From Caecitellus pseudoparvulus (taxonomy: Eukaryota > Protista > Bigyra: Bicosoecida), in contig CBFFRQ010000078.1 of the NCBI GenBank assembly GCA_965644315.1, positions 1 through 64,000 of the forward strand: a stretch of DNA of 64,000 bases, written 5' to 3'. Below, one piece after another: positions 37,501-45,999 of the stretch. The notes beneath the pieces were generated by a model that made no database searches, was not told where the DNA came from, and worked only from the letters and a program-made list of their open reading frames with translations. The stretch's first letter is position 1. Every line of letters begins with the position of its first letter. The position numbers and the translations under genes are program-made.

Positions 37501-40500
37501 GCAACCAGGGCCGCTTGCGAGGTGGCCATTTGGTCCTGGTCCGCACAGCGATCATTGAGCTCCCGCACTTTGCCCTTCAACTGCTCGACAACTCCGAGGC
37601 TATCCTGCAACTGTGGCAGCACTTGTTGCAAGCTGTTGTGGTTCGCAGTCGCTTCCTGCTGGGCCCGCTCCAGGTCTTGAAAGCACGCAGCGTGGCTTGC
37701 TTGCGCCGCTTTCACCTCCTCCTGCGCCTGCACCAGTTGCTGCCCGAGCCAGTCTCGCTCTTGCTGCACACTGGCCAGTTGGGATTCTGCCACCTCGGCT
37801 CGCATGCTGGCGGCTCGCTCGTCGTCTCGGCTTGGGCTTTGCACCGACTCAGCGGACTCCAATGCCTCGCGAAGGTGCTCAACAGTCCTTTGCTCCTGAA
37901 GCAGGTCGGCATTGGTCTCTTCCAGTGTGTGCGACAAGCTAGCGACGTGGTCCTCAGCAGTGGAGGCTCGACGCAGCGCAGCATCCAGTTGCTGCAAAAG
38001 GCTTGTGTCGTGCGTGTCATGCGCAGGGGATGCGCCCTGCCCCGCGCCTGTGCTGCTGTGTGGCGCAGACAACAGCCGCACCCGCTCTTCTTCGCTTGCC
38101 ATGAGCGCGCATTCCAGTCGCTCGGCCCGAGCCGCGCCCTCAGATCGCACCATTCGCGTCTGGGAAGTGGACGTTGCGATCCTTCCTCGCAGGTCGTGCG
38201 CTGTAGCCTCCAGAGTTGCGATGCGGGCTCTCAAGCGCTCATTCAACTGCATCATTTCAACTTTGTCACCCTGTGCAGTGGCAACACGCTCCTCCAACAA
38301 GTCCACTTCGTCCTGGATGGCACGGCAGCGAGCCTCAGACCGCACAGCTGCTTGTTGCGCGGCAGTCTGAGCCACGAGCAGTGCGCGAACCGCAAGTCGC
38401 GCTCGGTCCACCAGGCTTTCCAAGACCGACAGCGCCGACGAATCACCCGAAGCGGCAAGTTCTTCTCCCTCCTCTCCGTGCGTGTCACCGTCCAACTCAT
38501 GGGGATGGTGCCCGTCCGTCGCCACCTCCCTCACAGCCTGCACGGTACCCTCCACCTCCAGCAACCACTCCCGCAGGCGGTGCTCAAGAGTTGGAAGGGA
38601 CGCTGACACTTGGCGGACGTCAGCAGACAAAGCAGCGTGATCTTCCAGCGCAGCCTGCAGACGCCCCACCCTTGCCTCAACCTGGGAACACACAGCCACC
38701 ACACTTGTCTTACCATGTTGCCCCGCGCTTTCATCAGCAGAGACGCCGAGGCTGTTCAGCATGTGCACAGCTGAGACACCTACGCTGCGCATACACGTTC
38801 TCGCAGCTTCCACCTCCTCCGCCAGCGCGTCACGCTCCCCCTCCACCTCAACCACACGTGCCTGCAGCGCCGACACCGCCTCAGACTCCGACCCACGCAG
38901 ACCCGCCACCTCCTCCGCCAGCGCGTCACGCTCCCCCTCCACCTCAACCACACGTGCCTGCAGCGCCGACACCGCCTCAGACTCCGACCCACGCAGACCC
39001 GCCACCTCCTCCGCCAGCGCGTCACGCTCCCCCTCCACCTCAACCACACGTGCCTGCAGCGCCGACACCGCCTCAGACTCCGACCCACGCAGACCCGCCA
39101 CCTCCTCCGCCAGCGCGTCACGCTCCCCCTCCACCTCAACCACACGTGCCTGCAGCGCCGACACCGCCTCAGACTCCGACCCACGCAGACCCGCCACCTC
39201 CTCTGCCAGCGCGTCACGCTCCCCCTCCACCTCACCCACACGTGCCTGCAGCGCCGACACCGCCTCAGACTCCGACCCACGCAGACCCGCCACCTCCTCC
39301 GCCAGCGCGTCACGCTCCCCCTCCACCTCACCCACGCGTGCCTGCAGCGCCGACACCGCCTCAGACTCCGACCCACGCAGACCCGCCACCTCCTCTGCCA
39401 GCGCGTCACGCTCCCCCTCCACCTCACCCACGCGTGCCTGCAGCGCCGACACCGCCTCAGACTCCGACCCACGCAGACCCGCCACCTCCTCCGCCAGCGC
39501 GTCACGCTCCCCCTCCACCTCAACCACACGTGCCTGCAGCGCCGACACCGCCTCAGACTCCGACCCACGCAGACCCGCCACCTCCTCCGCCAGCGCGTCA
39601 CGCTCCCCCTCCACCTCAACCACACGTGCCTGCAGCGCCGACACCGCCTCAGACTCCGACCCACGCAGACCCGCCACCTCCTCCGCCAGCGCGTCACGCT
39701 CCCCCTCCACCTCAACCACGCGTGCCTGCAGCGCCGACACCGCCTCAGACTCCGACCCACGCAGACCCGCCACCTCCTCCGCCAGCGCGTCACGCTCCCC
39801 CTCCACCTCACCCACGCGTGCCTGCAGCGCCGACACCGCCTCAGACTCCGACCCACGCAGACCCGCCACCTCCTCCGCCAGCGCGTCACGCTCCCCCTCC
39901 ACCTCAACCACACGTGCCTGCAGCGCCGACACCGCCTCAGACTCCGACCCACGCAGACCCGCCACCTCCTCCGCCAGCGCGTCACGCTCCCCCTCCACCT
40001 CAACCACACGTGCCTGCAGCGCCGACACCGCCTCAGACTCCGACCCACGCAGACCCGCCACCTCCTCCGCCAGCGCGTCACGCTCCCCCTCCACCTCAAC
40101 CACACGTGCCTGCAGCGCCGACACCGCCTCAGACTCCGACCCACGCAGACCCGCCACCTCCTCCGCCAGCGCGTCACGCTCCCCCTCCACCTCACCCACG
40201 CGTGCCTGCAGCGCCGACACCGCCTCAGACTCCGACCCACGCAGACCCGCCACCTCCTCCGCCAGCGCGTCACGCTCCCCCTCCACCTCAACCACACGTG
40301 CCTGCAGCGCCGACACCGCCTCAGACTCCGACCCACGCAGACCCGCCACCTCCTCCGCCAGCGCGTCACGCTCCCCCTCCACCTCAACCACGCGTGCCTG
40401 CAGCGCCGACACCGCCTCAGACTCCGACCCACGCAGACCCGCCACCTCCTCCGCCAGCGCGTCACGCTCCCCCTCCACCTCAACCACACGTGCCTGCAGC

Positions 40501-42878
40501 GCCGACACCGCCTCAGACTCCGACCCACGCAGGCCCGCCACCTCCTCCGCCAGCGCGTCAAGCTCCCCCTCCACCTCAACCACGCGTGCCTGCAGCGCCG
40601 ACACCGCCTCAGACTCCGACACACGCAGGCCCGCCACCTCCTCCGCCAGCGCGTCACGCTCCCCCTCCACCTCAACCACACGTGCCTGCAGCGCCGACAC
40701 CGCCTCAGACTCCGACCCACGCAGACCCGCCACCTCCTCCGCCAGCGCGTCACGCTCCCCCTCCACCTCAACCACACGTGCCTGCAGCGCCGACACCGCC
40801 TCAGACTCCGACCCACGCAGACCCGCCACCTCCTCCGCCAGCGCGTCACGCTCCCCCTCCACCTCAACCACACGTGCCTGCAGCGCCGACACCGCCTCAG
40901 ACTCCGACCCACGCAGCTGCGCTAGGAGATCTTTCTGCGATGCTATGGTTGCTTCGCGCTCGTGGCGCTGTGCGCGCTCGGATGCGAGCTCCTTCTGCAG
41001 TGTTGCTGCTGTCTGCTCAACTTCAACGAGTTTACAGCGCTGTGACGTGAAGGCCGAGTTGCTCGATTCTGCTGCCTGTTTCTGGTCCCGGACAACACCC
41101 TTGAGTTGCTGTATCCTTTCCATGTTCTTGATGTCTGCCTCACGCATTGAACGTATTTCTGCGCGAAGTTGCTCTTGAGCCGTCGTTGCAGCTTGCAAGG
41201 CAGTCTGGGCCAGCTCAGCCTGCTCCGAGTGGCGCCTGGCCTCCACATTCAGGTCTTTGATTTTCTGCTGCAGTTCCGTGTGCACCCCTCGCGCTGTCGA
41301 CACCTCATCTTCCAGTTCTTGGCATCGTTGTTGCGAATGCACCGCTGCTTGAACGCGAGGCAAAGAGGTTCGCCGCAGCTGCTCCAGGCTCTGCTGGTTC
41401 AACAGTCCACTTGCATCGTCCAGGTGCTCACTACCCACTCCTACCGCAGCTGAAAAGGCCAGCAGAGCGCTGCATGCGAATGCGTACCGTCCTTCAAGCT
41501 CACTCTTTGCTGATCGGCAGTCCTTCAAGTCTTGCTGAGCCAGAGACAGTTTGCTCTGTGCGTCTGATAGCTGTGCTGCTTGCTCAATGTGTTGCAAGGC
41601 CTGCTCGTCACCATCACTTCGGGCAAGGGAAGCGGCGTGTCGCGCATGCTCAACTTGGGTCTGCAAATCAGCCACTTGCGACTCCAAGGCTGACACGCGA
41701 GCCACATGGGCAGAGTTTTCATGCTTCAAAGTCGCATTTAGTTTGACCACGGCCGCATGCTTCTCTTCCAACTGCGCCACAACCGTCGCTTGCGATTCTA
41801 TCTGCCGCTGCATGTGGCTGCGCTCGTGTTCAGCACTGGTCTGATGCTCCTCTATTGCTGGATGCACCTGGGCTGACTCCGCGCCACCCTGCTGCACCTG
41901 TTCCCTCGCTGCCGCCAAGTCCTTGCTCAGGCGCTCACGCTGCGCCTGCAGTGCCTCGATGCGCGACGCAGCCTCGGTCATGGCTTGCCCGTGCTCCTTC
42001 CGACGGGCGTGTTCTGCGAGGAGGGCAGTTTTCAGGCGCTTGCAGCGGCTTCTCCAAGCCCGCATTTCACCTTTGTAGTCCCTGCCGACAACGGAGCCAA
42101 CGGACGATGGCGCAACGCTCGTAGCACTGGAGCCAATGCCAATGACTGAACCGGGGACAGAGTGCGGCGGAATGACTGGGGGATCAATGACCTCATCCTC
42201 CGCCTCAGACCCGCCGTCAGACTGCGCTAGGGCCGCTGCTGGCTCGGGAGGTGCACCAGACCGCGCTCGCCGCCTGTCAGCGGGCGGCGTCCGCACCGCC
42301 TCCACCCTGGCCTTGATGGACGCCAGACGCAGGCTCGTGCTGGTGCCTGCGTCAGAACTTGCAACACGCTGCAGGAGGGCAGCCGAGGCATTGGACAGTC
42401 GGACACCCTTGGACGTCACCACCTGGCCAGAATCGTCCCGCGCCGAGTACGTGGTGTACAGGGAGCCACGGGAAGTGTCCAAGCCGGCATGCCCCACCCG
42501 CTGCTGAGCTGCCCCTACCCCAGAGCCGGAAGACATGGTGCTGCTTCCTCCGAGCGACAGCGTCCTTGCCCCGTCGACGGACTCCAAGCGTGAAATGGCC
42601 GACAGTGCTGCCTGAGAGCCAGCGGCGGGCAAATGCCTCGGAGGTGCAGCCGAAGCAGCATGCTGCATGCCATGGGCACGTTCATGCAGACGCTGAAGTG
42701 AATGCAAAGCGTGTCTTGTGCTGGCCGCGCCTGCGCGCGAGCTGGCCTCGCTGCTGCCGCCGTGGCCGTTGGAGCCACGAGACTGAGAGCTGCCACTGCC
42801 AGCCACTGTGATGCGGATGCTGCCTGAACGGTGCAGCTCGATCCGCGCAGGTGACGCCTCTTCAGTGATAAACGACAT
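34590..42878 (-). CDS. Giant coiled-coil protein (2762 aa) with a central 32-aa tandem repeat and low-complexity termini
   Basis: Long stop-free ATG-initiated frame, E/A/L/Q/R-rich heptad-like sequence on both sides of the repeat. Confidence 0.8.
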   Translation of the reverse strand: MSFITEEASPARIELHRSGSIRITVAGSGSSQSRGSNGHGGSSEASSRAGAASTRHALHSLQRLHERAHGMQHAASAAPPRHLPAAGSQAALSAISRLESVDGARTLSLGGSSTMSSGSGVGAAQQRVGHAGLDTSRGSLYTTYSARDDSGQVVTSKGVRLSNASAALLQRVASSDAGTSTSLRLASIKARVEAVRTPPADRRRARSGAPPEPAAALAQSDGGSEAEDEVIDPPVIPPHSVPGSVIGIGSSATSVAPSSVGSVVGRDYKGEMRAWRSRCKRLKTALLAEHARRKEHGQAMTEAASRIEALQAQRERLSKDLAAAREQVQQGGAESAQVHPAIEEHQTSAEHERSHMQRQIESQATVVAQLEEKHAAVVKLNATLKHENSAHVARVSALESQVADLQTQVEHARHAASLARSDGDEQALQHIEQAAQLSDAQSKLSLAQQDLKDCRSAKSELEGRYAFACSALLAFSAAVGVGSEHLDDASGLLNQQSLEQLRRTSLPRVQAAVHSQQRCQELEDEVSTARGVHTELQQKIKDLNVEARRHSEQAELAQTALQAATTAQEQLRAEIRSMREADIKNMERIQQLKGVVRDQKQAAESSNSAFTSQRCKLVEVEQTAATLQKELASERAQRHEREATIASQKDLLAQLRGSESEAVSALQARVVEVEGERDALAEEVAGLRGSESEAVSALQARVVEVEGERDALAEEVAGLRGSESEAVSALQARVVEVEGERDALAEEVAGLRVSESEAVSALQARVVEVEGELDALAEEVAGLRGSESEAVSALQARVVEVEGERDALAEEVAGLRGSESEAVSALQARVVEVEGERDALAEEVAGLRGSESEAVSALQARVVEVEGERDALAEEVAGLRGSESEAVSALQARVGEVEGERDALAEEVAGLRGSESEAVSALQARVVEVEGERDALAEEVAGLRGSESEAVSALQARVVEVEGERDALAEEVAGLRGSESEAVSALQARVVEVEGERDALAEEVAGLRGSESEAVSALQARVGEVEGERDALAEEVAGLRGSESEAVSALQARVVEVEGERDALAEEVAGLRGSESEAVSALQARVVEVEGERDALAEEVAGLRGSESEAVSALQARVVEVEGERDALAEEVAGLRGSESEAVSALQARVGEVEGERDALAEEVAGLRGSESEAVSALQARVGEVEGERDALAEEVAGLRGSESEAVSALQARVGEVEGERDALAEEVAGLRGSESEAVSALQARVVEVEGERDALAEEVAGLRGSESEAVSALQARVVEVEGERDALAEEVAGLRGSESEAVSALQARVVEVEGERDALAEEVAGLRGSESEAVSALQARVVEVEGERDALAEEVEAARTCMRSVGVSAVHMLNSLGVSADESAGQHGKTSVVAVCSQVEARVGRLQAALEDHAALSADVRQVSASLPTLEHRLREWLLEVEGTVQAVREVATDGHHPHELDGDTHGEEGEELAASGDSSALSVLESLVDRARLAVRALLVAQTAAQQAAVRSEARCRAIQDEVDLLEERVATAQGDKVEMMQLNERLRARIATLEATAHDLRGRIATSTSQTRMVRSEGAARAERLECALMASEEERVRLLSAPHSSTGAGQGASPAHDTHDTSLLQQLDAALRRASTAEDHVASLSHTLEETNADLLQEQRTVEHLREALESAESVQSPSRDDERAASMRAEVAESQLASVQQERDWLGQQLVQAQEEVKAAQASHAACFQDLERAQQEATANHNSLQQVLPQLQDSLGVVEQLKGKVRELNDRCADQDQMATSQAALVAALRADHATLQHEHEAVQEQLRVAQEQAALAHEDASARLASAQERIAELEAQGAKSDSSASEGPQSASGRPSPQQLQDALHAAQHEATLAMQTAARTASALREAEQGRILAEQQLALAREQLQLAESGAADSAAAQKARAEELRVERDTARQQFSQLTAHVQGVTAAVQAHKARHAALAAEKAELTRQLAEAHAALAGRAARSGMEASWDDALSGPDASSFARSILSDADADESMQLRAALHISEEGLAAVREQLSSLGQHLLATESELERTGEAHASLVGVHSSLLEDNSRLQSAVAEATAEKAAMEVGVRRLVAERGVLARLVEELQGQVARLSARKAAQESAATSLLDSSVSALSHASPGSQGADGAEHAELAGTLAALDAAMASVGRDPEHAPVTPEQSQRHGDQTASPPRPAAQPEDSDGRSSPPPASRRPLAGLAPARPTTVPGTVPPAATSSSKGAFFPPRASGAGAGGVDPRAFIRAIAVASPAQQVASTEELQGMVRSPVGGEDTGGSPAPIQPQRTAGPLAGTGDVDGDERLLWGARVAQALAASEGAIASIDRTMAECASVASMAGSSSVPSPPRSSTAEAGADPDAGVPGTALPRVAPRPRPDISVPHTAARAARNQSLSLASLADDISRYRHLKRVAAASESSSVSGSVHTPPRQAWTQPESPMARPSPGRAASVGVDAGVGPDAPLAEAGTQTGTSPTAAAQAPRPERSGRRRRHRRTDAASRSSSGEEGSEGGARRGRQPVRGTRGRRTRRAAPSVTGRARARSDSVGRRRRPLHTPTRGGGVPPPSSRSSSAGRQGTTPKRVWMPSYVPPRHADGTLLDAEEVRQRPTPPRPATPPAPSVHPQGGGAARRRAPAPRGGLPPRHPTEEAEGVADVAQPVPALRRQPTTVLHESVLDWLLSDGVHRDEVGGAAWAQEYAARRDALLKRKEAEGGVRGVTGGSNAQLRGGAGRGLPR
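38810..40917 (-). repeat. 96-bp coding minisatellite, ~22 near-identical copies (LRGSESEAVSALQARVVEVEGERDALAEEVAG)
   Basis: gccacctcctccgccagcgcg recurs every 96 bp (38905, 39001, ...). Only isolated substitutions (V/G, R/L, G/V). Confidence 0.97.
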
Positions 42879-44375
42879 GGTCTTAAGTATTCACGGGAAG
42901 GTAGCGACGCAAGGCCCTCCCCCAAGCCCAGTCTGTGGGGCAACGGCAGGCACTCTGCGGAATTTGAATGGTGCCAGACACGCGGCCTTGGGACAGCCCG
43001 AAAAGACCAACGATCTTCAAGTTTCTCGCAAAGATCGGAAAATAATCAATCTGCATTCACGCAGCTGGCTCTTGAGGTCTTGGCCGAGGTTTTGCCAGCA
43101 GGTATTTGCTGCTGAGCTACTGTGTGGACAAGAAGAGAGGAAAGGCAGCACCCAGCAAAGAACGTTTTAGCTTCGCCGCTTTCCATACTTTCTCGATCTT
43201 TCTATTGGTTGCACGGGCCTGAGCCTCTCTTGCCCACGTTGGGCCCGATTCCCCCGCTCATTCTTCAAGAATTCAAGACATTCATTGGAGCATTCCCCCC
43301 CAGGCACACACAAGTACTCCTGACAAGCAGGAAACATACTGAAAATTTTCCTCCGAAACCTGGGGGGTTCTGTCATTCTGGCCATCGCTGGGTGTTTGCG
43401 GAGGTGTGGCGAAGAGTTGCACGTGAAACTCCGCCGAAACGCTCGCTGATTGTAAAAGCAGTGCTGCCTGCATATCAAGGAGAAGCCAGGATACCAAAGC
43501 CAGGCGTCTCGCATCAATGCATCAAGATCGACTTGGTAGGCTTGCGTTTCAGAGTTTGCAGTCGGCACACGCCACGTAGCGCAATGGTTTTACTTGCTTG
43601 TGACAGAAGGCTTGGCAGCTCAACAACGCCAGTGACGGCCAGTGTTGTTTTTCGACAGTATGAACAAAACAAACCCCAAACACACATCACGCGTATGTTT
43701 ATTGCGGCAAGGCCCCCTTTTCTCTGCAGCCCTCGCTCCGCTCGTGCGCAGCGAGTGAAGTTGACCGTGGAAGTGGCAGAGAAACGTCTCCGTGCTCAGC
43801 AGCGCGCTTGACCGCCAATGGAGTACTTCGACGAGGCCCCGGCTTCCGTACAGCTGAGAATCTTGTTTGCCATTGTTTCTTGGATCATTGCAGTCTCGTT
43901 TGTACGTGCCGCGGCTCTGTGGAGCGCACGGCGTCGGTGCTGATGTTGGGCGGTTGACGGTGTCAACAGCAACTCTGGCGCGGCGAAACATGCTCCCCCA
44001 TCACGTGCCCCACAGTTCTTGGGATGCTCCCTTGCCGCTTGTGATTGTTTCGTCAACACATCGAGTCCCCATCGACAAGATGAGCGCTGGAAACGCCGCG
44101 GACACATCCATGCTGATGTGCCTGTCCTGGAGCCCCACGAGGCACCCCTGTCCATGGAGCGGTCTGGACACTCTCAGAGTGACAGAGCTGCTTGCCGTGC
44201 GGTTGCTGCAGCGATTGGCATCCAGGCGGCAAACGGCGAGGGCAACATGCCGTCCCAGACTAACACCGAAATGCTCGGTGTGCACGAGGCCAAGCACCCC
44301 GTCTTGGTGCAGTTGACTCAGCACGTTGTGCGAGATGCCACGGTGTTCCACGAGCCAGAGCATGTGGAGTCAAGC

Positions 44376-45836
44376 ATGGTGACGCACGACTCTGAGAGTT
44401 GCTGTGATACACCTGCGCTGCGGGGCCTGGCAATGTTCTTCAACCCGTTCGTGTTCATGTTCGTGGGTCTCGCGCTGTGGCCGTGGGCGTTCATCACCGA
44501 GGCTGAGTGCACGCCCCTGCCTGCTGACTTCTTCGACCGGGTTGACTGCGAGCGGGCGCTGGAGGACAAGTCCACCCGTTTCACTGCATTTTTGGCTGTG
44601 AGCTGTATTTGCCTTGTGTTCATGCTCTGTGCAAGTTGCAGCGCCAGCACCCGACTGTCTGGCATCAAGGGTTTCACCGCGTTCAAGCAGCGTTTTGATG
44701 CTGTGGCCAGTGTGGGACGGGCAGCGCCCCAGCCAGCTCTAAATATCCAATGCCATTGGTACAGCTCGCATTCACGTGGATCGGGGAAGAACAGGAGGAC
44801 TGTCGTCACCAATCGAGATTCGTTCGACATCTCCTCCCTGCCTGGCTTCCCTCGACTTGTCGTCGTGGACAACACGCCGTCCCTGGAGCCCCTGGAGGAC
44901 CTCCTCAAACGCTCTGGGGCACCTGCTGCTTACGTGTACACGCGTGTGCTGTTCCAGCCACGTGGCAAGGCGCGCCGACTGCTGGGCGGGACTCTGACGG
45001 CGATGAAGGCCTATGCACGCACGTGTGACACCAGCTCTCATGCGTCAATGGTCATGGGCATGGAGCTGGAGGGCATGCCAGTACGTGAGGGAAAGTCCAT
45101 CTCCAACACGCAGGTTGTGCTGGACTCAGTGGACCTTGACAGTGTGAAGGCCAAACTCAGCCCCGTTGGGTGCCTGCCGCCCGGCCTCTCCCACCTGTCA
45201 CACCTCATCATTGCGGCGCTGGGCTTGATGCCCATGTGTGTGGCACGAGTGGAGCGAACACTGCCAGAGGTGGTGCTTACCATTGTGAAGGACGTGTACG
45301 TGGAGGGAGACGTGCCAGGCGGGGCCGCGACTGCGCCTTGGGAAGGAGGTGCGAGCGGCGCGGCTGTGGTGAATGTTGGCGGCAGTCCGGGTGTGAGCGG
45401 CGGGCCAACGTTTGCTGCCACGAATCCCGTGATGGTGAGCAGTGCAGGAGGGGGTGGTGGGGAGGGGTTGCCAAGTGCGCCATACCCGGGCATGGGTGGA
45501 GGTGGGGGCATGGCGCCGTACCCGCCATCAGGCGGGGGGGGCGGGTATCCTGCAGCCAGTCCATCTGCCGCGGGCCCTGCACCCTACCCAACGACCGATG
45601 GGGGAGCGGCTGGCTTGCCCCCTTCAGCGTACAATGGCGGGGCCAGTTCGGGTGGACCAGGGTACGCATCGCCTGGGTATCCATCGTACGGCTCGGCACC
45701 TGGCATGCCGCCAGCCTACTCAAGCCCGAGTGCGCCGCCCGCCTATCCGGGCATGCCACCGGCATACTCCGGAGGCACTGGTTTTGGGGCGATGTTTGGG
45801 AGCTCTGGAGCCCAAAAGGGCGACTTCAGCTTCTAG
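44376..45836 (+). CDS. TMEM151-like membrane protein with a Gly/Pro/Tyr-rich C-terminal tail
   Basis: Two N-terminal TM segments, then RAAPQPALNIQCHWYSS...RRTVVTNRDSF...VDNT, which resembles the TMEM151 P..I.CYHY...V.TH...F...D.S pattern. A late hydrophobic segment follows. ATG 44376 preferred; the ORF track starts at 44019. Confidence 0.55.
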   Translation: MVTHDSESCCDTPALRGLAMFFNPFVFMFVGLALWPWAFITEAECTPLPADFFDRVDCERALEDKSTRFTAFLAVSCICLVFMLCASCSASTRLSGIKGFTAFKQRFDAVASVGRAAPQPALNIQCHWYSSHSRGSGKNRRTVVTNRDSFDISSLPGFPRLVVVDNTPSLEPLEDLLKRSGAPAAYVYTRVLFQPRGKARRLLGGTLTAMKAYARTCDTSSHASMVMGMELEGMPVREGKSISNTQVVLDSVDLDSVKAKLSPVGCLPPGLSHLSHLIIAALGLMPMCVARVERTLPEVVLTIVKDVYVEGDVPGGAATAPWEGGASGAAVVNVGGSPGVSGGPTFAATNPVMVSSAGGGGGEGLPSAPYPGMGGGGGMAPYPPSGGGGGYPAASPSAAGPAPYPTTDGGAAGLPPSAYNGGASSGGPGYASPGYPSYGSAPGMPPAYSSPSAPPAYPGMPPAYSGGTGFGAMFGSSGAQKGDFSF

Positions 45837-45999
45837 GCACTGCGCATGTTGTGCTGCAGGCAGCCACAAGCTCTGCAATACATGCCGGCTTTGGGCAGCT
45901 GAGCAACAGCCCGCTTGGTTGCCACCGCGTGCCAAGCAAGCTGCACGACTGAGACGGAAAGCTGTGTGAATTCACAAACAGTGTGCAAGCTTGAGGCGG

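Noticed and set aside
38810-40917. Possible CRISPR-like array
   Set aside because: No unique spacers, in-frame coding repeat, eukaryotic context, and no cas genes.
38216-41178. Long Pro-rich, Ser-rich and Arg/Trp/Cys-rich ORFs in other frames of the 96-bp repeat
   Set aside because: A GC-rich repeat with a period divisible by 3 stays stop-free in several frames. Only the minus-strand coiled-coil frame continues on both sides.
42879-44375. Lower-GC interval with several 120-230-aa ORFs, possibly a mobile or viral remnant
   Set aside because: No transposase, integrase, RT or capsid motifs, terminal repeats or TSD recognised. Treated as divergent intergenic DNA.
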